From Opitutales bacterium (lineage in GTDB: Bacteria; Verrucomicrobiota; Verrucomicrobiia; Opitutales; JABSRG01), in NCBI GenBank assembly GCA_049599475.1, contig JBMYOQ010000037.1, positions 1 through 38,701 on the forward strand: a stretch of DNA of 38,701 nt, written 5' to 3'. Shown piece after piece: positions 38,386-38,701 of this stretch. A program made the position numbers and the translations under genes. The notes under the pieces were generated by a model. It had not been told where the DNA came from. It did not search any database and saw nothing but the letters and a program-made list of their open reading frames with translations. How positions within the stretch are numbered: position 1 is the stretch's first letter; every line of letters begins with the position of its first letter.

Positions 38386-38465
38386 AACCACGAATGAACA
38401 CGGATTCACACGAATTCTCCATACTACGGCACCGCATTCGTGTTTATTCGTGCTCATTCGTGGTT
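38386..38465. repeat. Palindromic repeat element built from 10-nt CACGAAT-based units
   Basis: Left arm AACCACGAATGAACACGGATTCACACGAAT (38386-38415) versus the reverse complement of the right arm AACCACGAATGAGCACGAATAAACACGAAT (38436-38465): 26/30 match, with a 20-nt loop. Confidence 0.85.
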
Positions 38466-38535
38466 AACAGAAAGCTAGTCATTGATTTAACAAAGTAGAA
38501 TTAGGCCTTTTTCCATATTATTTTCGCATACGAAT

Positions 38536-38618
38536 GGTAGCGAACCGTCCTCGGTGAACCGATCAAGGGCCCAACTAAGGCTTAAATGCTAAGAATGATG
38601 CCACGGACGATTCGCCCC
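38536..38618. repeat. Degenerate GTAG-type REP-like element
   Basis: GGTAGCGAACCGTCCTCGGTGAACCG (38536-38561) and GGACGATTCGC (38605-38615), which is the reverse complement of GCGAACCGTCC with one mismatch. Confidence 0.45.
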
Positions 38619-38701
38619 GCTGCACCTGCCCTTCGAATGCCTGGTTTTACTAGGGGCTGTCTTCAAATAAATCGATAAAAGCCTTGTACTATTATGGCAT
38701 G

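Noticed and set aside
38386..38465. CRISPR array
   Set aside because: The units are 10 nt, adjacent and inverted, with no unique spacers and no cas genes.

Overview
This is a gene-dense bacterial window. The protein families and styles (short rpoZ next to smpB-thrB-trmL, Tat-exported Gfo/Idh/MocA, several sulfatases) suggest Verrucomicrobiota, probably Opitutales; that assignment is inference. From left to right it contains: a probable IS21-family terminal repeat at the window edge; an mlaE-F-D-C-A lipid-transport operon whose MlaF carries a degenerate GGDEF-like C-terminal domain and which has no mlaB; SRAP, rpoZ, smpB, thrB, trmL and a secreted PDZ-only protein; a soluble hybrid histidine kinase, typA, a CcoI-like Cu ATPase and an SDR; a stand-alone Lon N-domain, an MBL hydrolase and a 3'-5' exonuclease. 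An unusual three-gene block follows: a small Roadblock/LC7-like protein, a 947-aa Roadblock/coiled-coil/disordered-tail protein, and a divergent NtrC-like regulator with a dead-looking AAA+ domain. Then come PhoD, a TIM-barrel protein, a thioredoxin-like protein and a mannose-glycan catabolic region (GH26, two sulfatases, Gfo/Idh/MocA, HAD, GH38-like, manA) containing two copies of a LacI-type operator. REP-like palindromes close the window. The best candidates for undescribed biology are the Roadblock/coiled-coil/pseudo-enhancer block, the GH38 homolog lacking its catalytic nucleophile Asp, and the MlaF-GGDEF fusion. All calls come from reading motifs by eye; no database searches were run.
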